From NCBI RefSeq assembly GCF_009914755.1, contig NC_060941.1: a stretch of DNA of 64,000 bases. One strand, written 5' to 3'. Within the stretch, counting starts at the first letter, position 1. Each line of letters starts with the position of its first letter. The DNA comes from the human T2T-CHM13v2.0 reference genome, Homo sapiens. Both the position numbers and the translations under genes were made by a program. The notes under the pieces were generated by a model. The model was not told the DNA's origin. It worked only from the letters and a program-made list of their open reading frames with translations, and did no database searches. Shown one piece after another: positions 62,366-64,000 of this stretch.

Positions 62366-64000
62366 TCACTTCAATCTGGAAGGCGGAAGCTGCAGTGAGC
62401 TAAGGTGGTGCCACTGCACTCCAGCCTGGGCAACAGAGTGAGACTCGGTCTCCAAAAAAAAAAGGGCAGAAGATGGGGCGGAAGAATAGAGATAGGAAAG
62501 AGGAGGATGTTGAGAACTAAACCCTGAGGTACTTTTAGTATTCAAAGTGTAGGGGGGTCTGGAAATCTTGTAGAGACCAGTAGGGGTTGGAGTATGACAT
62601 CTTCCAATAATGAATTCTCGTTGCTGTCCCCTTATGGGTCTGGGTCTACCTGATAGTCTCTTCTGGAAGTCGGTATCACTTGTGCTTAATTTCTACTCTT
62701 TTGTGCCCTCTATACAGCCTCTACTACAAATCTTTTTTGAAGAAGCACAGGGAGAAATAACTTGGGGAAAAAAAAAAGCCTATCTTTTAGAAATAGATTC
62801 TGAAATATTTACAGATGAAATAATATGTTGTACAGAATTGGCTTCAAAATAGTCCAAGTAAGGGGTGGTCTAGATAAAAAAAAAAAGAACAGCTCTGAGT
62901 AGATGCCTGTTACAGTTGGGCAATGCACACATGGGAAGGTTCACTGCACTGGTCTCTCTGAATATTTCACAATAAAACATAAAACATAGTATGGAAGGTT
63001 GGCAAACACAAGTCCATGAGAAATCTCTCCATCTTACCCAGATTAACGAGAGATACAACCAAGGATCCACAGGTTTGATGCAGACATTCTAAAAGATTCA
63101 ATTATACCAAGACTTTAAAGGTGACAGATTTTTTTCCCCTCAACTATACATTTTTTTTTTTTTTTTTTGAGACAGAGTCTCAACTCTGTTGCCCAGACTG
63201 GAGTACGGAGCCATAATCATGGCTCATTTCAGCCTTGACTTTACTGGCTCAAGCGAGCCTCCCAAGTAGCTGGGACTACAGGCATGCCCCACCATGCCTG
63301 GCTTTTTTTTTTTTTTTTTTTTTTTTTTGGTAGCGACAGGGGCCTGCTATGTTGCCCAGGCTGGTCTCAACCTCCTGGGCTCAAGCCTCAGCCTCCCAAA
63401 AGTGCTGGATTATAGGTGTGAGCCACTGCACCTGGCCTATATTGCTATCTTAAAATGTCTCAGTGACCCAACAATTTGCCAAAGAGCATGTAGAGCAAAC
63501 TAGGCTCTATTCAGCATTTCCATTTCTTAATGTATCTATTTGATTTCAATAAAATTTCATCATTTTGAAGATCTCTCCCATTAGCTTGGGAAACTACAGA
63601 AACATGCACATAACTACTGAGAAGGTATCAAGTGTTCCTACACTAGTTTAAAAAAATCATTCAACACCCACATAAATTCTGATATGCACTAGGCTGAACA
63701 GCTGTTAACCACTGAGAAGCTGGGCACTGCATCCTCTCCCTGGGTCAAAACTCTATATGCTAATCAAACAGGGTCATGTATTTGGGAAAATAATAATCCA
63801 TGGTAAAAGTCACAAAAAGACCTTAATTTTAAAATGAGAATTCCTAATCTATACATTCTTTAAAAAATCTAGGGTATATAGGTTGATGTACCTTCCTTGA
63901 TCAAAACTCTTACTTCTCTGAAGCCTGTCAGAGTATTTTCACCACAAGGCTTGGATTAGGTTTCATTTTACATATGCATGCACATGTTCACATACCCATA

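Overview
Human (primate) genomic DNA, AT-rich and about one-fifth Alu, from inside the KANSL1 gene (KAT8/MOF NSL complex subunit 1, 17q21.31), which runs on the minus strand. Two coding exons are present: exon 3 (22187-22328, 142 nt) and exon 4 (10063-10164, 102 nt). The rest is intron 2 (22329-64000, partial), intron 3 (10165-22186) and intron 4 (1-10062, partial). The introns hold roughly 48 Alus, old L1/L2/MIR, MLT1 LTRs, a near full-length Tigger1, other DNA-transposon fossils and a retroposed U7 snRNA copy. Almost all ORFs in the supplied track are Alu or repeat artefacts. The most interesting unexplained signals are: (i) a repeat-free block in intron 4 with a nested set of in-frame candidate microexons (27/12/78 nt) and a possible alternative last exon, (ii) a candidate 48-nt poison exon just upstream of exon 4, and (iii) locally templated duplication scars at 20.5-21.6 kb and 52-56 kb. 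All cryptic-exon calls are motif-based inference only. Gene identity, exon numbering and repeat-family names are from memory, not from a search.
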